Shown piece by piece: positions 8,241 to 17,126 of a DNA stretch of 64,000 bases; positions within the stretch are counted from its first letter, which is position 1, and each line of letters begins with the position of its first letter. Location of the stretch: positions 95,557-159,556 of the IMG/VR virus record IMGVR_UViG_3300047557_002951. One strand, given 5' to 3'. A program made the position numbers and the translations under genes. This DNA is from a virus. The notes below the pieces were generated by a model. The model was not told the DNA's origin. It ran no database searches and saw only the letters and a program-made list of their open reading frames with translations.

Positions 8241-10272
8241 TTAACCGATGGTTGGAGCAGTAAGAGCAACAGGAGTTGTTTCTGCTGATGCCAAATCCAG
8301 AGGGAAGTTATGTGCGTTCCTCTCATGGAGCACTTCGAAACCAAGATTTGCTCGGTTAAGAATGTCTGCCCAAGTGTTAATCACATGACCTTGACTATCA
8401 AGAAGTGACTGATTAAAGTTAAAACCGTTACTCTGTTTCCTTAAATTTACCATCTTTAAGGAGAGGACTATATCTTCATCCCAGTAGGATGTTGGGCGCT
8501 AGTGTCGTATTACATTCCACGCTTGGAAAACCGACTAGTCTCTGAACCTTTCCAAGAAGCGTCTTGGACTTGGCTGCTGATTACCCATTTATGGAGGGCT
8601 TCCAGCAATTCACCCAAAGTTTACCGTCAAATTGCTAGGACGGGACCCCGACGATTGAGGTTAAATGCCATCGTAGAAACACCAAGAGCAGCGAACCAGA
8701 TTCCAACTACAGGCCATGCAGCAAGGAAGAAGTGTAGACTGCGTGAGTTATTAAAGGAAGCATATTGGAAAATAAGGCGTCCGAAATAACCATGAGCAGC
8801 AACGATGTTATAAGTCTCTTCTTCTTGGCCGAACTTGTAACCATAATTCTGTGACTCTTGCTCAGTTGTTTCACGAACCAAAGAAGAAGTCACGAGCGAT
8901 CCATGCATTGCTGATGCGAGAGAACCACCGAAGACACCAGCCACACCAAGCATGTGGAACGGATGCATAAGAATGTTGTGCTCTGCTTGGAATACAAGCA
9001 TGTAGTTGAAAGTACCAGAGATACCCAGAGGCATCGCATCAGAGAAAGAACCTTGACCGAAAGGATAGACCAGGAATACAGCAGAAGCAGCAGCAACAGG
9101 AGCACTGTAAGCAACGCAGATCCAAGGACGCATACCTAGACGGTATGAAAGTTCCCATTCACGACCCATATAAGCATAAATGCCGATAAGGAAGTGGAAC
9201 ACTACAAGTTGGAAAGGACCACCATTATAGAGCCACTCATCTAGAGAAGCAGCTTCCCAGATGGGGTAAAAGTGCAGTCCAATAGCATTGGACGAAGGAA
9301 CAACAGCACCAGAGATGATGTTGTTTCCGTACATTAAAGAACCAGCAACTGGTTCACGAATCCCGTCTCTTATCCCAATAAAACAGTCATATCTTGCGAC
9401 TTAGACCGTTTCAGTTGACCTATTTGATTTGCTCGTTTTGCGTTTTCTACTCTTCCACCATTTTCTACCCACTCTTTCCACTCATTAATATAAGAAATAC
9501 ATTCTTTAATTCTTTCACTTCTTCTATTTCCCATATGGGGAAGTATTTTTTCCAAAATGAAAAGAACTTTTTCTCTATTTCCTATATGAAGGACATAAAC
9601 TGGTTTTCCTTTGAGTGTTTTTCTATTAGGTACAAAATAGGGTTTATCTACAAAATTACTTAGTTTAGCAACCACATCTTCATCAGTCATAACAAGACGA
9701 ATGTATGGTGCTGGCGGTGCTTTAGAAAAGTCATAACGGTCTTTAGAACGATTATCTATTCCAAAGTATCCTTCACCTTCTAAAATTCCTGCAATCCAAG
9801 TAATTTGTGATTCTGTTAAATCAAGCATTTTGACTTCGCATCTACTGTTATATTTATACAGCAAGTGCGAATAAAAGTCAACTGTGAGATTTGGACTATA
9901 TCTTCACCCTTTAAATTTTTTAAAGGTGCTGGGCACTCTAGCCTGTTATTAAGGGGACTAAACCCCTCAGGTAGTCTCTGAACCTTCCTCAAGTGTACTT
10001 GAGGCTTGGCTGCTGATTGCCTTTCGGTTTCCAGCAATTCACCCAGTTTTAACATCATCCTTACGGATGAAGGACACAGATTAAAGCAGTATGTCTACGG
10101 GAGGTGCTGCAATAAATGCAACAATAAAACAGATAGTTGCCGCAAGAAGGCAAGGAATCATAAGAACTCCGAACCAACCAACATACAACCTATTATCGGT
10201 TGAAGTTACCCAGGAACAGAATTGTTCCCAGAGGTTTTCGCCAGAACGGCGTGAAGCAATTGAAGCAGTCAT
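8241..10272 (-). CDS. psbA: photosystem II D1 protein, three exons (10272-10091, 9368-8658, 8430-8241)
   Basis: Exons of 182+711+190 nt = 1083 nt give a 360-aa D1; junctions restore PPVDI/DGIREP and AFNL/NGFNFNQ; Glu130 form. Confidence 0.97.
8431..8657 (-). ncRNA. group I intron 2 of psbA (227 nt, no ORF)
   Basis: 5' exon ends in U with P1 ACCU/GGGU; P AATTGCTGGAAG, Q AATCAGCAGCC, R TTCAGAGACTA, S AAGATATAGTCC; terminal G at 8431. Confidence 0.93.
9369..10090 (-). mobile_element. group I intron 1 of psbA (722 nt) carrying a homing endonuclease
   Basis: P1 GACAU/GUGUC with U.G pair; P/Q/R/S core at about 9890-10045; terminal G at 9369. Confidence 0.93.
9370..9828 (-). CDS. intron-encoded single-motif LAGLIDADG homing endonuclease
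   Basis: [12 protein letters not shown] motif; start MLDLTE downstream of TATAAATA at 9851-9858. Confidence 0.85.
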   Translation of the reverse strand: MLDLTESQITWIAGILEGEGYFGIDNRSKDRYDFSKAPPAPYIRLVMTDEDVVAKLSNFVDKPYFVPNRKTLKGKPVYVLHIGNREKVLFILEKILPHMGNRRSERIKECISYINEWKEWVENGGRVENAKRANQIGQLKRSKSQDMTVLLG

Positions 10273-10294
10273 TTTTCGTTAAAGGGTAAGTAAA

Positions 10295-10397
10295 AAGTCC
10301 AGGGGGAACTGGATGGTTACAGTATATCCCACACCACCCTCCAGTGTGGGTATGAGAGACGGATTTTACTTGCCCATTAGTCTCGGTAGGGCAAGAT
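10295..10397 (-). ncRNA. structured psbA 5' leader, PhotoRC-II-like motif
   Basis: Hairpin CTTGCCC/GGGCAAG whose loop GAGAC can pair with GTCTC; hairpin CCCACAC/GTGTGGG whose loop GGAGGG can pair with CCCCC; directly upstream of psbA; family name from recall. Confidence 0.7.
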
Positions 10398-10470
10398 AAA
10401 AAGAAAAGTATTGTATTTTCAATGTTCGGTGATGCAGTTTGTCAGGAAACCCTGACTTCCCTCACCGACT

Positions 10471-10504
10471 TATTTATAGTACCACGAAATCTCTGGGCTG
10501 TCAA
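10471..10504 (-). promoter_or_regulatory. overlapping sigma70 (early) and T4 late promoters for psbA
   Basis: TTGACA-17 nt-TACTAT with TATAAATA overlapping the -10 box. Confidence 0.8.
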
Positions 10505-10523
10505 CCCCCCCCCCCTCCTAAGA

Positions 10524-11954
10524 TCAATAAATCTCCCTCCACTGAAGAGCAGCAGCAACAGAAGCAACTGCGTTACCTGTGGTAGTGATAGTTCTTACTA
10601 CAAGTACATAAATTTCAGAATCTGTGGAATTTATGTTTTGAACAATAATATTTTTCTTTGCCTGACTTAATGTTCCAGAAGAAACTGGTGAAAGTGAGTT
10701 TTGTGATGATCCCGAAGGAACATAACCTGATGCAAAGACATCACCATTAAAATAAGTTGTTGCATCAATACAGTATTCAACACCACTATTAGCAGAAGCA
10801 GAAGTCCAAGTCAAAGTTCCTGCATTACTCAAATAAGCAGAACTTGGAAGTTTTATAACTTTATAAACAATACTATTTGTTTCGCAGAATAATGAAATAT
10901 TATTCAATTTAACTGATATTCTATTTGGATATTCCTGAAAGGTATTTTTAAGACGAATTGCAACCAAAGGAAGTTCTGTTCCTGCGGGTGTTGGTGTAGT
11001 TCTTGTGGTAAGCATTGTATAAGCAAAATCAATACCACTTTCTACATATCCACCTTCAGACATCACAGATGCACAAATCTGGTCAAATGATGCTCCAATA
11101 CCAACACCAGTGTTTCTAATTTCACAACGAACTGGTAGGTTTGGATTTGCAATATAAACTGTTGGACTATTGTTAGAATGTAAAAATTCGTGTGCTGTAA
11201 TAAGTTGCCCATCGTGAGCAAAACCACAACGAACTCTACCAACACCTAACCATTGGAAATCTATAAATGTAAGTTGAGTTTTTGTAATATCTAAATTAAA
11301 CCCAGATGCTCCTGTTCCATCACATTTATCTCTATTCCATTGTGATTGTGGAATTCTAGTTTCTGTCGCAATACCACTTACAAAAGATCTAATTACCCAG
11401 TTATGAGTTCCAATACCAGGATTTATTCCATCAGAAGTATTAAGTCCAACCTGCTCAAAATAAATTCCATCCCTATCATCAAAGTATCCAGTTCTTTTAG
11501 TAGCATTCTGCTGAGGTGCATAAAAGTTAAAAGAACTAAAAATTAGTTGTCCTTTTCCTGGTTGATAATGATGATAAAACTTTGTTTGATGAAAAGAAAA
11601 TGCAGTAGATCCAATACCAGTCTGCAATCTTGCACACGCTTGGTTTTGTAAAAATGTTACGGTTGAACCTGCTCCTGAAACACTATCTAAAAAGTTTGGA
11701 TCTATAGCATAAAGATGCTTATAGTCCCCAAGAGTAAAAGGTTCAGAAACTCTATTTCTACCAAATGCATCAACTGCATTTGTATCCGGATTAATAGTTA
11801 TAAGGGTTTCTGATGAAATGCCAACAGTTCCAGTAACTGGAAATGGGTTATCGAGTGTAACGACTTCACCATTTTTATTGGCGATCATATTCACTTCAAA
11901 AAGACTTCTTTCTTGATTTAAGAAATCTTGATTAACTTTATTAAATTGTGCCAT
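10524..11954 (-). CDS. probable virion structural protein (beta-rich)
   Basis: 476 aa, G/T/S/N-rich, follows a late-promoter-driven gene. Confidence 0.55.
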   Translation of the reverse strand: MAQFNKVNQDFLNQERSLFEVNMIANKNGEVVTLDNPFPVTGTVGISSETLITINPDTNAVDAFGRNRVSEPFTLGDYKHLYAIDPNFLDSVSGAGSTVTFLQNQACARLQTGIGSTAFSFHQTKFYHHYQPGKGQLIFSSFNFYAPQQNATKRTGYFDDRDGIYFEQVGLNTSDGINPGIGTHNWVIRSFVSGIATETRIPQSQWNRDKCDGTGASGFNLDITKTQLTFIDFQWLGVGRVRCGFAHDGQLITAHEFLHSNNSPTVYIANPNLPVRCEIRNTGVGIGASFDQICASVMSEGGYVESGIDFAYTMLTTRTTPTPAGTELPLVAIRLKNTFQEYPNRISVKLNNISLFCETNSIVYKVIKLPSSAYLSNAGTLTWTSASANSGVEYCIDATTYFNGDVFASGYVPSGSSQNSLSPVSSGTLSQAKKNIIVQNINSTDSEIYVLVVRTITTTGNAVASVAAALQWREIY

Positions 11955-11962
11955 TAGTCACC

Positions 11963-12292
11963 TCAAATCCACTCTAATTTCGATGGATGATATCTTTTTA
12001 CTTCCGATACTTTATAAGAATTTTGAGTCGGTATTGCAGGATAAATGTTATGAACTATTGCACCAGGATATTCATTCTGAATTTGTTCACCTAGCTTTTC
12101 TCTAGTCGGAAGACTATTAGAATCCGACATCAATTCAATTCTATAAAGATTTCCTTCCCACATAAAGTCAGCATAAAACTGCTCACCAACAGAAGACGGT
12201 GAAGAATCAGATCCATTAACAATTAATGTTCCAATTGAAGCATTACCTGAAATGTTGACACCCTCAGATAAAAATTGTTTATAAGTCTTCAT
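11963..12292 (-). CDS. late protein with T4 capsid-targeting-like N-terminus
   Basis: MKTYKQFLSE; ATAAATA upstream. Confidence 0.6.
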   Translation of the reverse strand: MKTYKQFLSEGVNISGNASIGTLIVNGSDSSPSSVGEQFYADFMWEGNLYRIELMSDSNSLPTREKLGEQIQNEYPGAIVHNIYPAIPTQNSYKVSEVKRYHPSKLEWI

Positions 12293-12344
12293 TTTTGTTA
12301 AGATTCTTATGTCTTATTTATCATTGATTTTCATAAATAATCAA

Positions 12345-12560
12345 ATGACATTAAAAGGTACAATTGTGCCAAGAGAATTTAATACTCCGCATCGACAAGA
12401 CTGGAACGCACCGATACATAATATCCTAAAAGCAATAGATAATCATAATCAAGAATATTTTAAAACTCAAGATATATGGCATATAGAAAAAGCAAAAATA
12501 CTTCGAGAATATGTGTCAGAACTCAAAACCTGGATTCATAAACAAGAAAATGAACAATAA
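12345..12560 (+). CDS. hypothetical protein
   Basis: Plus-strand cluster behind CATAAATA; start uncertain. Confidence 0.55.
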   Translation: MTLKGTIVPREFNTPHRQDWNAPIHNILKAIDNHNQEYFKTQDIWHIEKAKILREYVSELKTWIHKQENEQ

Positions 12561-12747
12561 AAAAAGAAAATGTTGGGATTTTGTAATGTCTTCATTTGCA
12601 AGATCTTATGGAGTCAAAAAAATCATGGCAGAAGAAAAATTTCATGAGATTGCATTATTTTGGTGCGATGAAAACGAGATAGAAAAATATAAGACCCTAG
12701 AAGAATATGATAGATATTTTAGAGAACTTTATGAGAACTGGACATGA
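12550..12747 (+). CDS. hypothetical protein
   Basis: Coupled ORF, likely start MNNKKRK. Confidence 0.55.
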   Translation: MNNKKRKCWDFVMSSFARSYGVKKIMAEEKFHEIALFWCDENEIEKYKTLEEYDRYFRELYENWT

Positions 12748-12851
12748 ATGATTTTCCTTGGGGCGTTAGTATAGGTCTTGGAATTGTACTTTTAGGAACA
12801 TTATCATTTATTGTTTATATAATGCTTCTAGACAAGTTAGAAAAAAATTAA
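12744..12851 (+). CDS. small single-pass membrane protein
   Basis: MNDFPWGVSIGLGIVLLGTLSFIVYIMLLDKLEKN; coupled on both sides; below ORF-track cutoff. Confidence 0.6.
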   Translation: MNDFPWGVSIGLGIVLLGTLSFIVYIMLLDKLEKN

Positions 12852-13192
12852 TGTACGAATACAAGATAAAAAAAGTAAATAAAATTATCGATGGTGATAC
12901 TATAGATGTCGATATAGATTTGGGATTTAATATTACAATTTCCCAAAGAGTTCGTCTAGCTGGAATCAATGCACCAGAAACAAAAACTAAAGATTTGAAA
13001 GAAAAAGAAAATGGAATAAAATCTAAAGAATGGTTAGAAAATAAATTAAACACAAAAGAACAACTAACCATAAAAACTGAAAAAGATGATAAGTATGGGA
13101 GAATACTTGGATGGATTTATATTGAGGAAAACCAAATTTCAATAAATAATCAGATGATAGAAGAAGGATACGCAATTTCTTATCTACCGTGA
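12851..13192 (+). CDS. thermonuclease (SNase) family nuclease
   Basis: IIDGDTIDV, RVRLAGINAPE, DKYGRILG motifs. Confidence 0.9.
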   Translation: MYEYKIKKVNKIIDGDTIDVDIDLGFNITISQRVRLAGINAPETKTKDLKEKENGIKSKEWLENKLNTKEQLTIKTEKDDKYGRILGWIYIEENQISINNQMIEEGYAISYLP

Positions 13193-13252
13193 AAAATGCA
13201 CTACTCATTGGATTGTTGGTCATAAGACTCATCACCAACGAAGGAATTTTCA

Positions 13253-13585
13253 ATGAAGGAAGAAGACCTCAACCAAGAAAACAATTCCCAGAAATCATTA
13301 GATTCATCCGAAGACCAGCCAAAAGAGGTAGGAAAAAAGCAAAGTTCATTATTGAATAAACTTATCTTTATTATCTGTTGTTCTGTGATTGGATTTGTTG
13401 GAATCAATTTTATTGCATGTAACTTTATGGTTCCTGGAACAATTAGTAGAGCAAATGTTCTTGGAGGATTAAAAAACCCTCCTCCTTTAGATTGCAAAGA
13501 ATCTGAAAGAAGAGGGTATGAAACTTTATTAACTATTCTTACTACAGTAATTGCATTAAGAACACGAGTTGAAGATAGTGATTAA
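13253..13585 (+). CDS. membrane protein
   Basis: Hydrophobic segment LIFIICCSVIGFVGINFIAC and C-terminal hydrophobic helix. Confidence 0.6.
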   Translation: MKEEDLNQENNSQKSLDSSEDQPKEVGKKQSSLLNKLIFIICCSVIGFVGINFIACNFMVPGTISRANVLGGLKNPPPLDCKESERRGYETLLTILTTVIALRTRVEDSD

Positions 13586-14139
13586 ATAACCTCACAACAT
13601 CTCTTATAATACTTCTCACGATCAGCAAGTCCATTTGCTGGATCTCTGCCATTAACTCTTGCTGATACCTGACGACAAGTAGCACCAGAATCACAAAGTT
13701 CATTCATCTTATTTGTCATCCACCAGAAACCAGAAATTGTGAATGGATAATTCTCTGCAACATAATTTACTCCATTCATTACATTAGGATCTTTAATATA
13801 ATTCGCAAACTGCTGATAATTATATCTCCCAGTTACCTGAATAAATCCAGCGCCTTTATATCTTGGCCCATCACCATTTTGAGTGTTTCCAAGATCTTTT
13901 CTTCCTTCATAATCAGCGCCAGAAGCAAGTTCTTTCATCCAACGACCACCATTACTCTCATGAGAACATTGAGCGAGAAAATGGCGAATTCTTACTTTTG
14001 TTGTAATGCTGAATGTAGTCAAACACTTATGAAGTTCCTGCACTTCCTTATCTTTGATTAAAGATTCTGCACAGTTCCAGATATAAGCAAGTTGTTTTTT
14101 TGTTGGTAAGGCACCACCTTGTGATGGTGCCTCTTCTAC
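13582..14139 (-). CDS. GH19 (chitinase/lysozyme-like) lysin domain, probably made as a -1 frameshift extension
   Basis: FLAQCSHES, YEGRKDLGN, RYKGAGFIQVTGRYNY, NGLADR; frame is open back to the slippery site; no well-spaced RBS. Confidence 0.85.
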   Translation of the reverse strand, partial: VEEAPSQGGALPTKKQLAYIWNCAESLIKDKEVQELHKCLTTFSITTKVRIRHFLAQCSHESNGGRWMKELASGADYEGRKDLGNTQNGDGPRYKGAGFIQVTGRYNYQQFANYIKDPNVMNGVNYVAENYPFTISGFWWMTNKMNELCDSGATCRQVSARVNGRDPANGLADREKYYKRCCEVI

Positions 14140-14852
14140 TTTTTTACTGGTTCAAAGATTCTGCCCCATCCATCATTGGGATGCTTTACTGTCCATCGTC
14201 TTTCTAGCATCCGTTTAGCATAAACAACTCTTTTCCCATTGGATACTGGACCAGAATACCCATCCAAAATTGAACCATATGGATCACTTACAATATAGTT
14301 TCCACTTTCGTTTTTCCCATGTACACAAATCATATGACCAGTTCCAGTAGGAGATAACTCTGGACCACGATGAAGAATTCCAATCACAACTGGACGACCA
14401 GCAGAAAGTTCTCGATCTAAATCATCAAATCCTAAATTATAATGAAACTTAGAGTCTAATCCATAAGACTTCAATACTCTCGTTTGAACATCATGATCTG
14501 TCGAATTCCCTTGTGCTAAAACTTTTCTAAGATAGGCATCATCACCTTTTGTCCCTGATGGTAATGATCCTGGCTTCAAATACTCAAGACACATTGCACA
14601 AGCAGATGAATTGCAAGTAGAATCTGGTAGTTGATAGTTATCTGTTTGTGGATAGAATGGTACATCCAAAAGAATTCCTTTTAAGTCCTGTGAGATATTT
14701 TGTGATCTATAGATTCTTATCCAGTTAGATGTGTCATCTAATAACTCTGGAACTTTTTCTGCCAATAGTCGTTCAAAATCATCTATTGCTGCACGATGCT
14801 TTGGATTCTTGTCGTCGTAGTACTTGAAAAAATTGTTTAAATCTACTCTCAT
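14136..14852 (-). CDS. peptidase C39-like (papain-fold) protein
   Basis: VPFYPQ, CNSSACAM catalytic Cys, GHMICV His, DPYG. Confidence 0.85.
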   Translation of the reverse strand: MRVDLNNFFKYYDDKNPKHRAAIDDFERLLAEKVPELLDDTSNWIRIYRSQNISQDLKGILLDVPFYPQTDNYQLPDSTCNSSACAMCLEYLKPGSLPSGTKGDDAYLRKVLAQGNSTDHDVQTRVLKSYGLDSKFHYNLGFDDLDRELSAGRPVVIGILHRGPELSPTGTGHMICVHGKNESGNYIVSDPYGSILDGYSGPVSNGKRVVYAKRMLERRWTVKHPNDGWGRIFEPVKK

Positions 14853-14854
14853 TT

Positions 14855-15013
14855 TCAATACCTGAATTCTTCTAATCTATCTAGGAGTTCATTCAAATGT
14901 TTATGTGCCAGTGATTTGGGATCACTTGTATAATATGGTTCAGTTGAAACCTTATGTTTTTGCTTCAAAATTAAAACTTTAATCTCATCTTTCGTGATGT
15001 GATTTCTTGGCAT
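14855..15013 (-). CDS. hypothetical protein (52 aa)
   Basis: MPRNHITKDEIK...EEFRY between late promoter and peptidase. Confidence 0.55.
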   Translation of the reverse strand: MPRNHITKDEIKVLILKQKHKVSTEPYYTSDPKSLAHKHLNELLDRLEEFRY

Positions 15014-15017
15014 ATAC

Positions 15018-15052
15018 AAAAAAACTCTACCACCTATTTAGTGGTAGAGTTT
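15018..15052 (-). terminator. terminator with a late promoter (CTAAATA) in its loop
   Basis: AAACTCTACCAC-TAAATAG-GTGGTAGAGTTTTTTT. Confidence 0.75.
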
Positions 15053-15074
15053 AAAATTTATAGTTTTTATGTTA

Positions 15075-15194
15075 TCAGAATACACCTGGAATTAATTGGC
15101 CAGTGGTGAGATAAGTGCCAACTGCAATTACAAATCCAAGCATTGCAAGTCGTCCGTTTAGCCTTTCGTTTGCTTCAGTCCATCCAAATTTCAT
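15075..15194 (-). CDS. hli: high-light-inducible protein
   Basis: MKFGWTEANERLNGRLAMLGFVIAVGTYLTTGQLIPGVF; ExxNGRxAMxG motif. Confidence 0.92.
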   Translation of the reverse strand: MKFGWTEANERLNGRLAMLGFVIAVGTYLTTGQLIPGVF

Positions 15195-15340
15195 TTTTGA
15201 TTCCTCCGTGTTGTGTTTTGAATTACAATAAATTTATCTTTGGGTAAAGTGCCTGCAACACAAACTTTGAGTTCATCATCGTTAGTCCAGGCACCAGATT
15301 CGACAAGTTCTTGAAGTGCTACTCCAAGTTGTCCTAGCAT
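15191..15340 (-). CDS. hypothetical protein (49 aa)
   Basis: MLGQLGVALQELVESGAW..., ATGA-coupled to hli. Confidence 0.55.
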   Translation of the reverse strand: MLGQLGVALQELVESGAWTNDDELKVCVAGTLPKDKFIVIQNTTRRNQK

Positions 15341-15348
15341 ATCGGCAC

Positions 15349-15639
15349 TCACAGATTTTCTTCCTGTTCAGTGAGAATCACGCAATCACTAGTTGGATAT
15401 GCCGTACAGGTAAGAATAAACCCATCAGCGAGTTGATCATCATCAAGAAAGGTTTGATCCTCATTATCCACTGTACCAGAAACAAGTTTACCAGTACAAG
15501 CAGAACAAGCACCAGCACGACAAGAAGAAGGCAGATCGATTCCTGCCTCTTCAGCAGCGTCTAGAATATATTGATCTTCAGGGCACTCAAAAGTACTCTC
15601 AGTGCCGTCAGGAGATTGTAGAGTAATAGTATAATTCAT
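15349..15639 (-). CDS. petF: plant-type 2Fe-2S ferredoxin
   Basis: CRAGACSAC...ILTC. Confidence 0.96.
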   Translation of the reverse strand: MNYTITLQSPDGTESTFECPEDQYILDAAEEAGIDLPSSCRAGACSACTGKLVSGTVDNEDQTFLDDDQLADGFILTCTAYPTSDCVILTEQEENL

Positions 15640-15725
15640 TCGTAAGTTTTTGATAGTTGATTTACAGAGTGTGCTAGCAGTACAAAGAATGCAATACTAG
15701 TTACGGTAAAGATAACTTCAGTCAT
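15636..15725 (-). CDS. small membrane peptide
   Basis: [29 protein letters not shown], coupled on both sides. Confidence 0.5.
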   Translation of the reverse strand: MTEVIFTVTSIAFFVLLAHSVNQLSKTYE

Positions 15726-15934
15726 CAAAAGATACCAAAGAAAAGTTTGCCAGTGAGAGCATAAGAAATGATACCAGAAACGATACCAATCATTGCCCAA
15801 CGAGAATTCGCTTTTTCTGCCTTTACAGCATAAGGTTCAAAACCATAACGCTCAATATCTTCTTTAGACATCCACATTGTTGGTTCTTTGGCAAACATAT
15901 TCATTTGGCCAAATTCATTTTTTGTAACGGTCAT
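15725..15934 (-). CDS. hli: high-light-inducible protein
   Basis: AEKANSRWAMIG motif; NMFAKEP N-terminal extension. Confidence 0.88.
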   Translation of the reverse strand: MTVTKNEFGQMNMFAKEPTMWMSKEDIERYGFEPYAVKAEKANSRWAMIGIVSGIISYALTGKLFFGIF

Positions 15935-16015
15935 TTATTTTTTATAAAGTTTTACAACAGAATTATATAGGAAGAATGAAGGCTTGTCAAGCATCCCTTA
16001 AAGTTTTGTTTGAAT

Positions 16016-16981
16016 TTACTGACTGATCCGGTTTACGGCAAGTCGTGCTCGGTTGAGGATAGAACCACTAAGGGGAACATATCCAAGGTCATCAGCAATT
16101 GATTGTGCCTTTGAACTCAGGGCGTAGTTGAGTGCTCCACGAATGGCAGGAGCGTTAGAACCATTGCCAGTCTTATATGCAAGAATCCAAGTCAGAGTTG
16201 AAATTGGATAAGAAGTTGCACCAGCAGGATTTGGATTTTCGCCAGCAAGGTTCGCATCCAGTTTGATGCCATTCAGTGCGGCAGAACCAGCAGCAGCAGT
16301 AGGAAGAACAAACTTACCTGCTTTATTTTGAAGTGCTGCTGCTTGGAGTTTATTTGCTTTCACAAATCCAGTGTTCACATAACCAATCGCACCATTGCTT
16401 TGACGAATGCGACCAGCAACACCTTCATTACCTTTAGCACCAATACCAGTAGGCCAGTTTACAGACTTAGCAGCACCAGCAGTCCAACCACCAAATGCTT
16501 TCAGAGAGTTAGTAAATGCAAAGGTAGTTCCAGAACCATCAGAACGATGAACCACAGTCATAGGACCAGCAGCACATCCAACTTGGTTCCAGTTCTTAAT
16601 CCGACCAGCAAAGACATCAACTGCTTGCTTCTGAGTGAGTTTCAGAGTACATCCTGGTTTGTTATAGGCAATAGCAATAGTACCACCAACCATAGGAATT
16701 TGTACGACACCACGCTTTACTTTGGCGGCATCTGCTGCGCTGATTGCTTCATCACTTGCTCCGAAGTTAATCGTTCCCGCAAGGAATTGACGAACACCAG
16801 CACCAGAACCAACGGACTGATAATTAACCCGATTCCCAGTAGCTCGTGCATAGTCAGCAAACCATCGTTGATAAATTGGAGCAGGGAATGAAGCACCTGC
16901 ACCGTTAATAGTAGGTCCAGCAAGAGCAGCAGTAGGAACAGCAGCAACTAAACCAATAGCAAAAATATTTTTCAGTTTCAT
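16016..16981 (-). CDS. pstS: phosphate ABC transporter substrate-binding protein
   Basis: GAGASFPAP, YQSVGSGAG, FGASD, RSDGSGTT motifs; signal peptide. Confidence 0.96.
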   Translation of the reverse strand: MKLKNIFAIGLVAAVPTAALAGPTINGAGASFPAPIYQRWFADYARATGNRVNYQSVGSGAGVRQFLAGTINFGASDEAISAADAAKVKRGVVQIPMVGGTIAIAYNKPGCTLKLTQKQAVDVFAGRIKNWNQVGCAAGPMTVVHRSDGSGTTFAFTNSLKAFGGWTAGAAKSVNWPTGIGAKGNEGVAGRIRQSNGAIGYVNTGFVKANKLQAAALQNKAGKFVLPTAAAGSAALNGIKLDANLAGENPNPAGATSYPISTLTWILAYKTGNGSNAPAIRGALNYALSSKAQSIADDLGYVPLSGSILNRARLAVNRISQ

Positions 16982-17031
16982 AAAAAGTTTTAGAAGTGAA
17001 TTGACTTCACGAATAATGATACCAGAAGACA

Positions 17032-17063
17032 AGCTTAAAGTCAACTAAGATTTGGTTAAGGTT
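17032..17063 (-). promoter_or_regulatory. putative Pho box
   Basis: CTTAACC / CTTAGTT / TTTAAGC repeats at 10-11 nt pitch upstream of pstS. Confidence 0.55.
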
Positions 17064-17126
17064 TCGATTACCAAATAAAAAAGCACCCAAAAAATAGGTG
17101 CTTTCACTCAAGTTATGAGTAAGTTA

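Noticed and set aside
9816-10058. 80-aa ORF inside intron 1 (and the 8502..8789 plus-strand ORF)
   Set aside because: They overlap ribozyme core elements or psbA antisense and show no protein motifs
8241-10272. psbA as a fragmented pseudogene
   Set aside because: Removing two canonical group I introns restores an exact 360-aa frame
10505-10515. G11 homopolymer as a phase-variable switch for psbA
   Set aside because: It lies outside the -35/-10 spacer and any CDS; could be a sequencing artefact; no evidence of variation
14136-14138. Stop-codon readthrough joining peptidase and GH19
   Set aside because: The zero frame hits TAA within about 26 codons; GH19 is in the -1 frame
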